A stretch of 44,046 nucleotides of DNA from positions 1 to 44,046 of the IMG/VR virus record IMGVR_UViG_3300037483_000599; one strand, 5' to 3'. Below are positions 25,463 through 35,739 of the stretch, one piece after another. This DNA comes from a virus (lineage: Duplodnaviria > Caudoviricetes). Below the pieces are notes generated by a model that was not told the origin of the DNA, did no database searches, and saw nothing but the letters and a program-made list of their open reading frames with translations. The position numbers and the translations under genes were made by a program. Position 1 is the stretch's first letter, and every line of letters begins with the position of its first letter.

Positions 25463-26236
25463 GTGCTGCGCTACCACCTCCTTCCCCTGTGGACCCGGAC
25501 CGGCACCGAGGACGGCGCCTGGTTCCCGGTCGCGGAGCGGACCAAGTGGTCCGCGGTGGTGGACGTGGCCTTCCTGTCCCCCGGTGGGTCGGTGACCGTG
25601 ACCCTCGAGGCCAGCCCCACGGGCGAGGAGGCGACGGCCCGCACCCTGGGCTCGGCCATCGTTGTGGCGGCCACCGGCACGACCACCAAGGACGCGGCGT
25701 TCCTGGGCGTGAAGGCGTACGACGGGTACCTGCGGGCCCGGGTCACGGCCATTGCCGGGACCGCGGTCCTGCGGGTGACAGCAGAGGCCCCGTTCGTGGA
25801 TGGGTCGGACCCGAAGGACCAGGCCCTGTTGTCCAAGGAGGTCCGGGGGCTGTCCGAGGTCGTGGCCCTGGTGTCGGCCGCAGAGGACGACGTGGTTGCG
25901 CGTCTGGTCACGCGGTCGGCGGTCGGACCGGTTGCCAACCGGCCGTTTACCCCGGACGTGGTGGGCCGACCGTTCGGGGAGGCCGAGTCCATGGATGGAG
26001 CCGCTCGCGGTTCCGCCCTGGCCCTCGACTTGGCCCAACCCGGCGCGGCCACCGCGGTCCGGTCGGCGGTCGTGCGCCAGGCCGAGCACAGGTTCCGGCG
26101 CGGCAAGCTCGAGCAGAACCCGGACCCCGCGGCCCTGGTGACCCTGCGGTCCCTGCCCGAACTGTCGCCCGAGGCGTCGGTGTTACTGGATCCGTTCCGG
26201 CCCATCCAGGGCCGCCGGTTCAGGGGCCGGGGCTAG
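25463..26236 (+). CDS. Putative head-tail connector protein
   Basis: Position; C-terminal 'AVVRQAEH.F...LSPEASVLLDPFR' adaptor-like pattern. Confidence 0.6.
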   Translation: MLRYHLLPLWTRTGTEDGAWFPVAERTKWSAVVDVAFLSPGGSVTVTLEASPTGEEATARTLGSAIVVAATGTTTKDAAFLGVKAYDGYLRARVTAIAGTAVLRVTAEAPFVDGSDPKDQALLSKEVRGLSEVVALVSAAEDDVVARLVTRSAVGPVANRPFTPDVVGRPFGEAESMDGAARGSALALDLAQPGAATAVRSAVVRQAEHRFRRGKLEQNPDPAALVTLRSLPELSPEASVLLDPFRPIQGRRFRGRG

Positions 26237-26238
26237 CC

Positions 26239-26766
26239 GTGGGCCTGGGCGTCCGTGTCGGCCTCAACCTCGACCTGGCGCCGGCCGTGGCCATGACGGA
26301 CGCCGTGGCCGCCCGGATACGCGACTGGACCCCGGTCCTGCGCGGCCCGGTCCATCGGTCGGTGTCGCGGTTTTTTCTGCGGCAGTTCGAGACCGAGGGG
26401 GCCGAGGGTGGGACCCGGTGGGCGCCCCATCGGCCCCTGACCGTGCGGCTACGGCGCCGCCCGGGTCATGGCCGCGGCGGCATCGGCCGGGACACCAACC
26501 GTCTCTGGGCCAGCCTGGTGAAGGTCGGCCCCGAGTCGGTTCTGGTGACGGGCCCGACCGAGTACGAGCGGGGGACGACGGTGGCCCATGCGGCCCCGTT
26601 TCATGCCGGCGTGTCGCCGGGCCGCCAGCGGGTGTTCGGCCGGGCGCCACTGGTGCCCCTGGGTATTCCCGCCCGGACCCTGGTCCCGGACCCGTTCCCC
26701 CGGACCTACGTGGACGGGTGGGCGGCGGCCCTAGCCCGGTACATCGAGACGGGGGTGGCCGAGTGA
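26239..26766 (+). CDS. Virion morphogenesis/tail completion protein (Mu gpG / P2 S-like)
   Basis: 'QFETEG...WAP....T', 'DTNRLWASL', 'GTTVAHAAPFHAG', 'IPAR'. Confidence 0.75.
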   Translation: MGLGVRVGLNLDLAPAVAMTDAVAARIRDWTPVLRGPVHRSVSRFFLRQFETEGAEGGTRWAPHRPLTVRLRRRPGHGRGGIGRDTNRLWASLVKVGPESVLVTGPTEYERGTTVAHAAPFHAGVSPGRQRVFGRAPLVPLGIPARTLVPDPFPRTYVDGWAAALARYIETGVAE

Positions 26767-27293
26767 TTGTCGAGGTTCCCGAGCTCCTGGCAGCGGCCCT
26801 GCGGCACGACACCTACGGGGTCAACGCCCAGCTCGAAAGCGTGCCGTTGCGCGAGGGCCACGAGCGGCCACCGGACCTGGTGGCGGTCCTCGAGCCCACG
26901 GAGGACGACACGGCGGCCCGGAATCCGGAGACGCCGAACGAGTGGCCGGTGGTGGTGGTGTCGTGGCAGAACGTCGGGGATGTGGACGGGACGGTGACCC
27001 GCCAGAACCGGGACGCCGGCACCTACACCTTGGCCCTGTCCTACGTGACGCGGCGGGCGGACTGTGCGGCGGCGGTACGGGACGCCGGCTATACCCTGCG
27101 GGCCATGTTGCGGACCCTTCGGGTCCTCGAAACCAAGGACCCGAACGTTGAGGGGGAGCGGACCCTGCGGGGCGTCGTCCTCAGGGCGTTTAAACCCATG
27201 ACGGTCCCCGGGCCCATCGTGGTCCAGAAGTCCGGAGTGGGCATCACGGCGGCGTTGCTGGTGACCTGCGAGGTGAGGGACACGGAGCCATGA
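26763..27293 (+). CDS. Putative tail terminator
   Basis: Position before the tail tube gene; size; GTGA coupling. Confidence 0.55.
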   Translation: MIVEVPELLAAALRHDTYGVNAQLESVPLREGHERPPDLVAVLEPTEDDTAARNPETPNEWPVVVVSWQNVGDVDGTVTRQNRDAGTYTLALSYVTRRADCAAAVRDAGYTLRAMLRTLRVLETKDPNVEGERTLRGVVLRAFKPMTVPGPIVVQKSGVGITAALLVTCEVRDTEP

Positions 27294-27478
27294 GCGGACT
27301 GGCGGTAGTGGACACAGACGGGCGCCGGTACGAGGTGCCACGGGACATAGAGGCCGAGGGCGGCGCCGCAGTCGAGGCGTGGCTCGAGGCGCAGCGGGAC
27401 CTGGCCAACCAGGCGCCGGGCGGGCCGGCGCCGGGAGAGGGCACGGGACAGACAAAGCGGGGGCGGGGTAACCGATGA
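27290..27478 (+). CDS. Hypothetical protein
   Basis: ATGA-coupled at both ends. Confidence 0.6.
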   Translation: MSGLAVVDTDGRRYEVPRDIEAEGGAAVEAWLEAQRDLANQAPGGPAPGEGTGQTKRGRGNR

Positions 27479-28428
27479 GCGCGCAGAAGCTGGTTGACCT
27501 GTTCGGCCTCATGGTCAAGGCCGAGGCGACGTACAAGGCCGGGGCCACCATGGTCCTGGCCGACGACGGCGTAGAGCTGTTCGAGCCCACCCAGATGTCC
27601 CTGACCCCGATTCACACGGGCGAACGGGGAAACAACCCCGCGACCGGGGCGACGCGAACCAAGGCGCCCGCGGTGGCGTTCGCGGGCGAATGGTCGCCGC
27701 GGTTCGAGTTCCGCGGGCCCGGGGCGGCGCCGTCCGCGTCGGTGTTCGCCAAGGACATTCACACGTACCTGCGGGCCAGCGGTCACAAGGCGACCCTGAC
27801 GGCCGGGACCAAGTGGGACTACATCCCGGCGGCGTCCCAGGCCGACATGGTGTCGGTGGCGGCCGAGCTGTACGCCCGTGAGCAGAAGTACGTGGCCATC
27901 GGCTGCTACGCCGACATGGAGCTGGCGGTGGACCAGGACGCCGGGGTGTTCTTCACGTTCCCGACCAAGGGCGTGGTGGACGCGGATCCCACGGACGTGG
28001 TGGTCCCGGCCATCATCTACCCCACCCTGGTGGGTCCCCGGGCCGTCAACCTGGTCCTGACCGTGGGCGGCGTGGCCCTGGTGGGTGTCCAGAGCGTCAA
28101 GTTGACCGCCGGCCGCACGGTGTTCGTCCGCAAGGACCTGAACGCCACCGGTCACGGCGGCTTCGGCCTGTCGGTCACCCGCCAGCCGCGCCTCGAGGTG
28201 CTGGCCGAGGCCGCGGCGCTGGCCACCTACAACCCGTACGGTGACCACCGGGCGGCCACCGCCCGCGCCCTGGCCTTCACCATCGGGACGGCGGCGTTCA
28301 ACCGCCTGAAGTTCGCGGCGCCCAACGCCCAACTGGTCGAGGCGCCCGGGGAGGACACCAACGAGTCGGCCGCTCTGACTCGCCTCGTGTTCGCCCTGCC
28401 CGAGGACTATACCCTGACCACGGACTAG
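27475..28428 (+). CDS. Major tail (tube) protein
   Basis: 317 aa beta-rich; 'VKAEATY', 'YLRASG'; precedes the chaperone and tape measure genes. Confidence 0.75.
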   Translation: MSAQKLVDLFGLMVKAEATYKAGATMVLADDGVELFEPTQMSLTPIHTGERGNNPATGATRTKAPAVAFAGEWSPRFEFRGPGAAPSASVFAKDIHTYLRASGHKATLTAGTKWDYIPAASQADMVSVAAELYAREQKYVAIGCYADMELAVDQDAGVFFTFPTKGVVDADPTDVVVPAIIYPTLVGPRAVNLVLTVGGVALVGVQSVKLTAGRTVFVRKDLNATGHGGFGLSVTRQPRLEVLAEAAALATYNPYGDHRAATARALAFTIGTAAFNRLKFAAPNAQLVEAPGEDTNESAALTRLVFALPEDYTLTTD

Positions 28429-28433
28429 CCGAC

Positions 28434-28844
28434 GTGTTCAACGCCGACGAACTCGCCCGCGCCCTGACCCTGCCCCGGTTCCGGTGGCAGGGTCGGACCT
28501 ACACGGGCCGCCTCCTGGGCTTCACCGACGCCGTGACCCTCGAGGCCAAGCTGAACGGGATGGCCGCCGAGGCCGACCTGGCGGACATCAAGGCCGTGGC
28601 CTGCGACATGCTGGCCGTGCTGCGGTTCACGGACGACGAGACGGGTGCGGCCCTGGCGCCCGAGGCCCTGTTCTCGTTGCCCGGTCCCCTGCTGCTGCCG
28701 GCGCTTCGGGATTTCTTGGCCCCCCAGGGGGACGTGACGGGGCCGGCGGCGGTGGAACCGACCAGCCCGACCCCTGGGAGCACCTCACCCGGCGCGGAAA
28801 GCCCCGGCCAGCAGCCCAGGCGAAAGCACAACCCCAGCCGCTAG
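28434..28844 (+). CDS. Tail assembly chaperone (gpG-like)
   Basis: Between tube and tape measure genes; overlapped by an open -1 frame. Confidence 0.7.
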   Translation: MFNADELARALTLPRFRWQGRTYTGRLLGFTDAVTLEAKLNGMAAEADLADIKAVACDMLAVLRFTDDETGAALAPEALFSLPGPLLLPALRDFLAPQGDVTGPAAVEPTSPTPGSTSPGAESPGQQPRRKHNPSR

Positions 28845-29107
28845 GGGTCACCCTGGGCCGGGTCGCGTTGGCCTGGCCCAACGTGCCCCTGGTCGGGCCG
28901 TGGGATACCCGGGACCGGTGGGTCCCGTGGCGCCTGTTCTGGCTACTGGCCGGCGGCGTGGACTCTAACATGGCCTTCTGGCGCCTGAACGAAAGCCAGG
29001 CGGTGGCCAAGGCCATTGGGCTGGCGTTCGCCGGCAAGGACCTACGGGTCCAGGCCGTGCTGGGTAACGACATCAAGCTGGCCGATGGGGTGGTACGGGA
29101 TGGCTGA
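28709..29107 (+). CDS. gpGT-like -1 frameshift extension
   Basis: -1 frame open from 28484 to 29107 with no good independent start; candidate shift site G GAT TTC at 28709-28715. Confidence 0.55.
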   Translation, partial: GFLGPPGGRDGAGGGGTDQPDPWEHLTRRGKPRPAAQAKAQPQPLGVTLGRVALAWPNVPLVGPWDTRDRWVPWRLFWLLAGGVDSNMAFWRLNESQAVAKAIGLAFAGKDLRVQAVLGNDIKLADGVVRDG

Positions 29108-31118
29108 CGCCAGGGTTAGGATTCGGGTTAGCGGCAAGGACGAGGGCGGGAGCCGCGTCCTGGGCCAGGTCCAGCGGGACCTGGCGAAGCTGCGCGGGGA
29201 CGCCGCCTTCGTCCGCAACCTCCTCGGCGGTTTCGGGACGGTCGTGGCGGTCCAGGCGTTGGCCCGCCAGGTGTCGCAGGTCGTGACCCAGTTTTCGGCC
29301 CTGGCCGAACGCGGGGGCCAGGTGGTAACGGTCACCCGGGCGTTTTCCAGGGTCACGGGCGACACGGCCGGGGCCATCCGGGACCTGCGGGGCGCCACCC
29401 AGAACCTGGTCACGGACTACGACCTCATGGTGGGCCTCAACAAGGCCCTGACCCTGGGGTCGGCCGCCAATGTTGAGCAGTTCGGGGAGCTGGCCCGGAC
29501 GGCCCTCGCCCTGGGCCGCGCCCTGGGCGTGGACGCCGGCTTTGCCCTTGAGTCCCTGTCCCTCGGTATCGGGCGCCAGTCTCGGTTGATCCTCGACAAC
29601 CTCGGGCTGATCGTGTCGGTCGAGGACGCCAACAAGAAATACGCCAAGACCCTGGGGAAGTCCACCGCGGCCCTGACCGAGGACGAGCAACGGATCGCGT
29701 TCCGCAACGCGGCCCTCGACTCGGCCCGCAAGAAGGTAGCCGACCTCGGGGGCGTGGAACTGGACGCGGCCGACGCCGTGAAACAGGCCGGCGTGGCCAT
29801 CAAGAACTTCAAGGACGACCTGGCCCGCCTGGTCGCCACGTCGCCCCGGGTTCAGGCGTTCTTTACGGCCCTGGCGGATGCCGTCCGCGGGTTCGCGGCC
29901 ACCGTCACCGAGGGCAGCCGCGCCGACATCATGCGGGCCATGGAGGCCCTGGGTGTCATTGCCGGCAACGCCTTCTCCCTCGGCTTCCTGGTGGCCGTCA
30001 AGGCCGCCCTGCCCGACTTCCTCGAGTTCCGCCTGGGGCGGGCTATCGAGACGCACGTCGAGCGGATCCGGGGGGCCGTGCGGGACCTGGCGGCCGGACC
30101 CGCCACCGCCCCGCCGGCCGTCACGGGCTCCGCGGCCCTCGACGCCATCCGGCGGGAACGCCGGGTCATGGCGGGCGCCCACCGGGTCCCCGTCACCCCG
30201 ACTACGCCCCCGGCCGAACCGGTGGACCCGGCCGAACGCCTCAAGGCCCTGACGGCCGGCGCCGGCCTGGGACTGCTGAACCGCGGGGAACTGGCCGAGG
30301 TGTTGGCGTTCCAGGTCCAGTTCACCCGGCTGCTACGGGACGGCAACGCGGCCCTCAAGGACCGGGTGGCCGCGGCCGAGGCCCTGCGGAACCTGTCCGG
30401 CGTGACCGCCATTCCCAAAACGGGAACGGTCGTTCCCATTGGCCAACCCATCGGGCTGCGCGGCTCCGGCCTGTTCCAGCAGGGCCAGGCTGGTGCCCTG
30501 GGGGGGGCCGGGTTCGAGGCCCTGAAGGTCAAGCAGGAACCGGGACCAGAGGGGCAGCCCGGGGTGGGGTTCTTTGGCCAGTTGGGGTTCGCCCTGCGAG
30601 AGGCGACGGACGCCGGACAGGGCCTGTCCACCCTTATGGCCGACATGACCACCCGGGTTATCGGGGGCTTCGGTGACGCCGTGTCATCGGCGTTCGAGGC
30701 GTTCGTGACCGGGTCGCAGTCGGCCGGTGCGGCCTTTAAGCAGGCCATGCTGGGCGCCCTGTCGGCCGTCGCCCGCGGGTTCGGTGACTTCTTTGCGGCC
30801 AAGGCCGTTGCTGCGCTAGCAGAGGGCCTGCTGGGGAACCCGGCGGCGTTCAAGGCCGCTGGCCTCTACACGGCCGCCGCCACCGCCATGTACGCCCTAT
30901 CGGGCGCCATCGGTGGCGCCGCCCGCGGCGGGGCCGGCGGTGGGGTCGGGTCCGGGGCCCGGGAAACGTCTGACGCGCTCCGCGACGCCGACCGGGCCGC
31001 CGGGACCATCGTCGTCCAGGGCGGTATCCTGGACATGTCGGACCCTCGCCAGGCCCGGGCGTTCGCCGACGCCGTAGAAACCATGACCGGCCGTAAGGTC
31101 ATTTTCCAGGGAGCCTAG
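29100..31118 (+). CDS. Tail tape measure protein
   Basis: About 672 aa, Ala/Gly-rich and helical; 'IRVSGKD', 'GIGRQSRLILDNLG'. Confidence 0.9.
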   Translation: MADARVRIRVSGKDEGGSRVLGQVQRDLAKLRGDAAFVRNLLGGFGTVVAVQALARQVSQVVTQFSALAERGGQVVTVTRAFSRVTGDTAGAIRDLRGATQNLVTDYDLMVGLNKALTLGSAANVEQFGELARTALALGRALGVDAGFALESLSLGIGRQSRLILDNLGLIVSVEDANKKYAKTLGKSTAALTEDEQRIAFRNAALDSARKKVADLGGVELDAADAVKQAGVAIKNFKDDLARLVATSPRVQAFFTALADAVRGFAATVTEGSRADIMRAMEALGVIAGNAFSLGFLVAVKAALPDFLEFRLGRAIETHVERIRGAVRDLAAGPATAPPAVTGSAALDAIRRERRVMAGAHRVPVTPTTPPAEPVDPAERLKALTAGAGLGLLNRGELAEVLAFQVQFTRLLRDGNAALKDRVAAAEALRNLSGVTAIPKTGTVVPIGQPIGLRGSGLFQQGQAGALGGAGFEALKVKQEPGPEGQPGVGFFGQLGFALREATDAGQGLSTLMADMTTRVIGGFGDAVSSAFEAFVTGSQSAGAAFKQAMLGALSAVARGFGDFFAAKAVAALAEGLLGNPAAFKAAGLYTAAATAMYALSGAIGGAARGGAGGGVGSGARETSDALRDADRAAGTIVVQGGILDMSDPRQARAFADAVETMTGRKVIFQGA

Positions 31119-31122
31119 GGGC

Positions 31123-32049
31123 ATGGAAAACCGGAACCCCCTCCTGTACTACGGGGACGTGGACAACCTGAGTACCTGGGGCGGGACGGCCACCAGGACA
31201 ACCGGAGAGACTGACCCGTTCGGCGGAACGGAGGCGGTGGGTCTCGGGGACAATTCTGGAGTCGTGGACCAGTCGTATAACTCTCCTGCTATGACAGACC
31301 CGGGCGGGTCCATAGAGCTGCTGGTGGCTATCCGGCGGGTGTCTGGGACGCAACCGGCCAGTGTGGTGTTTGTGCAAGACGCCACCGCAGGCGTGGACCG
31401 CGGCGGGGTCACCATCAACTGGGACGGGTCGGGCAACGTGACCAGCGTATCCGTCTTTGGAAACGGGGTGGCGGCGGTACTGGTCGGGTCAATGGGGAAC
31501 GGCTGGTGGCTGGTCTGGTTCCGCGGGACGGGTCTGTTTAGCGCCAACAACAACCATCTCTACGTGTACCCGGCGCCGTTCGATGTTGCGCGGACGGGTA
31601 AGGTGGCCCTGTACCTGCGGCCCTGTGTGGTCCCCGGGTGGTTCGACAACGTCCTGTCATGGCCCAAGCCGGCAGAGGGTTCCGAACTGAGGCGGTTGCC
31701 CGGTGGCGCCGCGGACAGTTGGATCACCGGCACGGACCAGTTCCTGCGCGGGGACGTGCGCTGGGTTCCCACCATTACCGAAACGGTCCCGGCGTTCTCC
31801 ACGGGCTGGGATGGTGGCGGTGTGGCCCAGGTGCCAGCGGTGTTAGTGGGATGGGTGGACTTCCTGGCCAATGCCCGGGCCGGTAAGGCGGTCCGCTGGG
31901 TGCCTAACCGGAACTCTGCCATAGACCGGTACCGGGACGTGGTGCTGGTAGAGCCGTTCCTCGAGGAGCCGGACCAGGAAACGGACGGCAGTCGGCGCCT
32001 GCGTCTGGTCTTTGCCTCTGTGGACGGGTCCCCGTTCAAGGGCTACTAG
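31123..32049 (+). CDS. Distal tail-like protein with probable carbohydrate-binding insert
   Basis: Follows the tape measure gene; 'MGNGWWLVWF' beta-sandwich pattern; atypical codon usage. Confidence 0.6.
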   Translation: MENRNPLLYYGDVDNLSTWGGTATRTTGETDPFGGTEAVGLGDNSGVVDQSYNSPAMTDPGGSIELLVAIRRVSGTQPASVVFVQDATAGVDRGGVTINWDGSGNVTSVSVFGNGVAAVLVGSMGNGWWLVWFRGTGLFSANNNHLYVYPAPFDVARTGKVALYLRPCVVPGWFDNVLSWPKPAEGSELRRLPGGAADSWITGTDQFLRGDVRWVPTITETVPAFSTGWDGGGVAQVPAVLVGWVDFLANARAGKAVRWVPNRNSAIDRYRDVVLVEPFLEEPDQETDGSRRLRLVFASVDGSPFKGY

Positions 32050-32052
32050 GCC

Positions 32053-34551
32053 GTGGCCACCTACACCCCCATCTACTACGTCACGGTGTACGCCCCGCGT
32101 TCCGAGGACGCGACCGAGGCCACGGTGTTGGCGCCCGTGGCCGGTGCCGCGCACACGGACCAGTTCAAGGTGGCGACCGTCGCGGGTGTGGCCGGGTTCC
32201 AGCCGTACCTGGGCACCGTCCGCGGCGGCCCGGCGTCCCTGGACCCCGTGACCGGCAAAGCCACCCTTGGGGAAATGGTCCTCCAGGTAATGGACAAGCG
32301 GGTGGGCACGGACGGCTCAAACCTGCGCCGGTGGCTGACCGCTTTCCTGGGCAACACCAAGGGGCGCGGGCGCCTGAACGGCTGTAAGGTGGTGGTTGAG
32401 GAAAGCCTGGACGGGGGCGCCACCAAGGCGCCTATCTACACGGGCCGGTTCCACCGGGTCGGCCTCGCCGGCCGTCTCTTATTTGACCTGCCGGTCCGTG
32501 ACCTGTCCGAGGACCTGAAGGCGCCCCTGTTCGTGGGTCCGCCCCACAGCAGCGTGACGTACGCGGCCACGCCCTACGTCGTGCCGGTGGGCGTCCCGGT
32601 CGCCTACGGTCGGGTAGCCGCCCGGGCCAAGTTGACGGCCAAGGTCCAGGCCAAGGTGGGTGCCGTCACCACCCTGTCGGTCCTGGGGCCGTCAACCTCG
32701 GACCTGGCGAACCTCGTCACCGATCTCCTCGAACGCGGCGCGGGCGGGGAGCTCGGCGGTGTCGCGCCCGGCGCCTGGGTGGCCTCGTTCAACCCCGGCG
32801 ACGGTGCCCTGGCCCGGGTACGGGTCACGGCCAAGCGGCTGGACACGTCCGCCACAGGCACCCTCAAGCTCCTGTCGGTGACCGCCTTTCGCCGGGACGG
32901 CCAGTTCGTGGTGCTCGGCCTCCGGGTCGAGGACGACGGCCTGGTGTTGTCTACCGCGGCCGTCAACACGACGGTGGAGTGGGCTATCGAATGGATCGGC
33001 AAGCCCACGCCCAAGGCGCCCCTGGTGGTCGGCGACGTGCACCCGGTCGCTCTGTTCCGGGACATCGTGGACGGCAAGTTCGGCCACCTGGCCGCGGCCG
33101 GCGCGGTGTTACAGGCCGTGGCACGGGACACGACGACCTTTAACGCCCTGATTGCCGACCTGTCTTTCGGGACGTTCCGGGGACTGATAGAGGACACGGC
33201 CGAGGACGGCCTGGACTGGTGCGCCGCCAACCTGTTCAAGGCGTTTCGGTTCGGGTACCGGTGGACGGGTGACGGCAAGGTCGAGGTGGTGGACCTGCGC
33301 CCGCCCGTGTCCCTGGCCGGCATCCCCACCATCGGTAACGCCGACGTGTGGCCTACCCCGGCGCCGGAGTGGTCCGATGACGGGGGTAGGGCGTACACCC
33401 GGACCTCTGCCACCTACTACCTGGACCAGCCCCTAGACCTCGAGGCCGTGCGGGACGGGGCGAGGGTGCCGGACGTTCCCGTGTCGGCCATCCGGCCCTC
33501 GGGTGTCCCCCTCGTCGTCCTCAACACCGACCTCGTAGACACCGGGGTACGCGACTTCCGTCTCGACGCCAAGGGTGTCCGGGCCATGCCCCTGGAGCGG
33601 GTGGCGGGGTTGTCCAAGGAGGTAGTGGCCCAGCAGTTCCTGAAGCGGTACGCGGCCGACCTGGCCATGACCCTCGGCCGGGGTGAAAAGACCGCCCGTC
33701 TGTCCCTTCGGCGCACCGCCAACACGGCCTGCAAGCCTGGCGACCTGCGCCTCCTGGACGTAGACGAGTTGCCGGATCCGGCGACGAACGAACGGGGCGG
33801 TGTACGCCTTGGCCGCTGTACCGAGGTCTGGCCCGTGGGCCTGGTCCGCGAGGCGGCGTTCCTGGACCTGGGTCTGTCGGTTTCGGCCGGCGTTCCCACG
33901 TTGGGGGCACCGACCCAGAACGCGGGCGAGCCGTACCATGGCATTGACCTTCCCGTCACGGTGAACGCGGACGGCGACCCGGTCCTCCTCGAGGCCAACG
34001 TGACCGCCACGTCGGTGGGGACCAGGCCGGCCGACACAGACGCCGGCTGGTTCTATATCGGCGCCCAACTGTCCACCGGCACCTGGAACTCCCTACGCCG
34101 GTTCCCTGCCGGAATGCGGGTCTGGCCCCGGGGCCGGTCCCAGCCGCGGGTGGGCGACAAGTCCCGCCTCCCCTCTGCCTTTGTCTACCCGTCGTCCGGG
34201 ACCGGGTACGTGGACACCACGGCGTTCCCGGCGCCCACGTCGGTGGGCACGACCGACATTTCGGGCCTGCGGGCCACCGCCACCTGGGTCCCGGGGGACG
34301 AGGGCCTCTGGGTCGAGGTCCTGGTGGGCCTCCAGGGCGGGCAGCGGTCCGTGGTGGCCACGGTGCCGCCGGGAACCCGGCGGGCGGTCGTCGCCGGCCT
34401 GGTCGTCTCGACCGCCTACACGGTCGAGGTGCGGCACGTCGGGGAATGGGGTAGCGAGGGGCCGGGGGCCACGGCGAACTTCAGCACGACCGGGACTCCC
34501 GCCACGGCCCCGGCCCTGGTGTTCGTCGCCCTGGTCGCGGGGATCGTCTAA
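32053..34551 (+). CDS. Tail tip/hub protein with C-terminal FN3-like domain
   Basis: 832 aa; 'ATATW...GLVVSTAYTVEVRHV' FN3 pattern. Confidence 0.7.
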   Translation: MATYTPIYYVTVYAPRSEDATEATVLAPVAGAAHTDQFKVATVAGVAGFQPYLGTVRGGPASLDPVTGKATLGEMVLQVMDKRVGTDGSNLRRWLTAFLGNTKGRGRLNGCKVVVEESLDGGATKAPIYTGRFHRVGLAGRLLFDLPVRDLSEDLKAPLFVGPPHSSVTYAATPYVVPVGVPVAYGRVAARAKLTAKVQAKVGAVTTLSVLGPSTSDLANLVTDLLERGAGGELGGVAPGAWVASFNPGDGALARVRVTAKRLDTSATGTLKLLSVTAFRRDGQFVVLGLRVEDDGLVLSTAAVNTTVEWAIEWIGKPTPKAPLVVGDVHPVALFRDIVDGKFGHLAAAGAVLQAVARDTTTFNALIADLSFGTFRGLIEDTAEDGLDWCAANLFKAFRFGYRWTGDGKVEVVDLRPPVSLAGIPTIGNADVWPTPAPEWSDDGGRAYTRTSATYYLDQPLDLEAVRDGARVPDVPVSAIRPSGVPLVVLNTDLVDTGVRDFRLDAKGVRAMPLERVAGLSKEVVAQQFLKRYAADLAMTLGRGEKTARLSLRRTANTACKPGDLRLLDVDELPDPATNERGGVRLGRCTEVWPVGLVREAAFLDLGLSVSAGVPTLGAPTQNAGEPYHGIDLPVTVNADGDPVLLEANVTATSVGTRPADTDAGWFYIGAQLSTGTWNSLRRFPAGMRVWPRGRSQPRVGDKSRLPSAFVYPSSGTGYVDTTAFPAPTSVGTTDISGLRATATWVPGDEGLWVEVLVGLQGGQRSVVATVPPGTRRAVVAGLVVSTAYTVEVRHVGEWGSEGPGATANFSTTGTPATAPALVFVALVAGIV

Positions 34552-34552
34552 A

Positions 34553-35728
34553 ATGGCCATCATGCCCCCCCCGGGCACCAAGACCCGCAAGACCGGCGTC
34601 ATGTTCCGCCTGACCCTGGGCGGACCCGACTACGAGGTTGAGGTCGAGCGGGCGCCCGACAATGCCGGGGCGCCCGACACCGCGAACTCGGTCTTTTTCA
34701 CCCTGGCGGCCGGCACTACCCTCTGGCTGGACGAGCTGCCGGCCGACAACGCTTACCGACACTGGCGGTTTCGGCACATCGGTGTGGACGTGAACCCGTC
34801 CGCCTGGACGGCCTGGACCAAGGCCAAGCCGGTCCTGTACCTGATTGACTCCTTCAACGATTCCCAGGTCTGGGGCCGACCCCAGCGGGGAGAGTCGTAC
34901 ACGGACGGGTCGTATTCGGTTAAGGGGTCGTCGTCGTCCGGTGACGTGGTGGCGGCCGGCGTGGCGGCCTCGGACGGCGTAGCCGCCCGCGTCCTGGTGA
35001 AGGCAGGAGAGACGCAAACGGTACGGGATGGGGATGCGGTGACGTTTGCCCCGGCATTTCAGAACCCGCCAAGATACACCCTGCGGGGCGGCATTCACTA
35101 CGAGCCTCGGTCGGGCCAGTGGTCGCCGTCATACGATGCCACCAAGCCCCAGTATCCCCTGGCCCGCCTGGTGAACCTGACGGGGTCGGGCGCCACGGTG
35201 TTGGCCAAGGTCCGCCAGAAGGGAGCCCAGGCGGCCCAGGTGGACGACTTCCCGACCGCCAACGCCCTCGACGTAATCGGGGAAACGGCCGACGCCAACC
35301 TCGACCCCGGGGGCGCGGCGAACGACACCTACACCGTCAGGTTTGACGTTCAGCTGAGGGTGGCCCAGTCACCCACCGAGGCCCAGTCGGCCACGGTCAC
35401 CGTCGCCGTTCGGTCCAATGACGGGGCGGGCTGGGTGGACCGGTGGGTGGGCGGGTTCACGGCCGAGGCCCCAATCGGGGGCGGCAACTACGTTGAAACC
35501 AACTGGACCAACCAGGCCCGGGCGGTCGTGGTGTCCGGCCTAGCCCTGAACGACGACCTCCGGGTCGAGGTGCGGAACGCTACGGGCGAGGTCTGGTCGT
35601 TCCTGGTCCACGCCCACGACACGAACGACACCCTCAAGGGGGTGACCTATACCACGGCCACGGACGCCACGGCGTCCATGACCCCTGACACGGACGACAC
35701 CCTCGAGCTCGACGTGTCGGCCGCATAA
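34553..35728 (+). CDS. Tail fibre/receptor-binding protein
   Basis: Last tail gene; 'VTFAPAFQNPP' H-lectin/gp53-like pattern; beta-rich. Confidence 0.6.
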   Translation: MAIMPPPGTKTRKTGVMFRLTLGGPDYEVEVERAPDNAGAPDTANSVFFTLAAGTTLWLDELPADNAYRHWRFRHIGVDVNPSAWTAWTKAKPVLYLIDSFNDSQVWGRPQRGESYTDGSYSVKGSSSSGDVVAAGVAASDGVAARVLVKAGETQTVRDGDAVTFAPAFQNPPRYTLRGGIHYEPRSGQWSPSYDATKPQYPLARLVNLTGSGATVLAKVRQKGAQAAQVDDFPTANALDVIGETADANLDPGGAANDTYTVRFDVQLRVAQSPTEAQSATVTVAVRSNDGAGWVDRWVGGFTAEAPIGGGNYVETNWTNQARAVVVSGLALNDDLRVEVRNATGEVWSFLVHAHDTNDTLKGVTYTTATDATASMTPDTDDTLELDVSAA

Positions 35729-35739
35729 AGGGAAGGCGA

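Noticed and set aside
27697-27717. Third T-arm-like hairpin (CCGCGG TTCGAGTT CCGCGG)
   Set aside because: Inside the tail tube CDS, with an 8-nt loop, no acceptor stem and no GTGGT linker.
31123-35728. Diversity-generating retroelement or invertible tail-fibre cassette
   Set aside because: No reverse transcriptase, serine invertase or TR/VR repeat pair was seen.
25463-35728. Contractile (myovirus) tail suggested by the Mu gpG-like gene
   Set aside because: No sheath or baseplate wedge genes; the layout fits a siphovirus.
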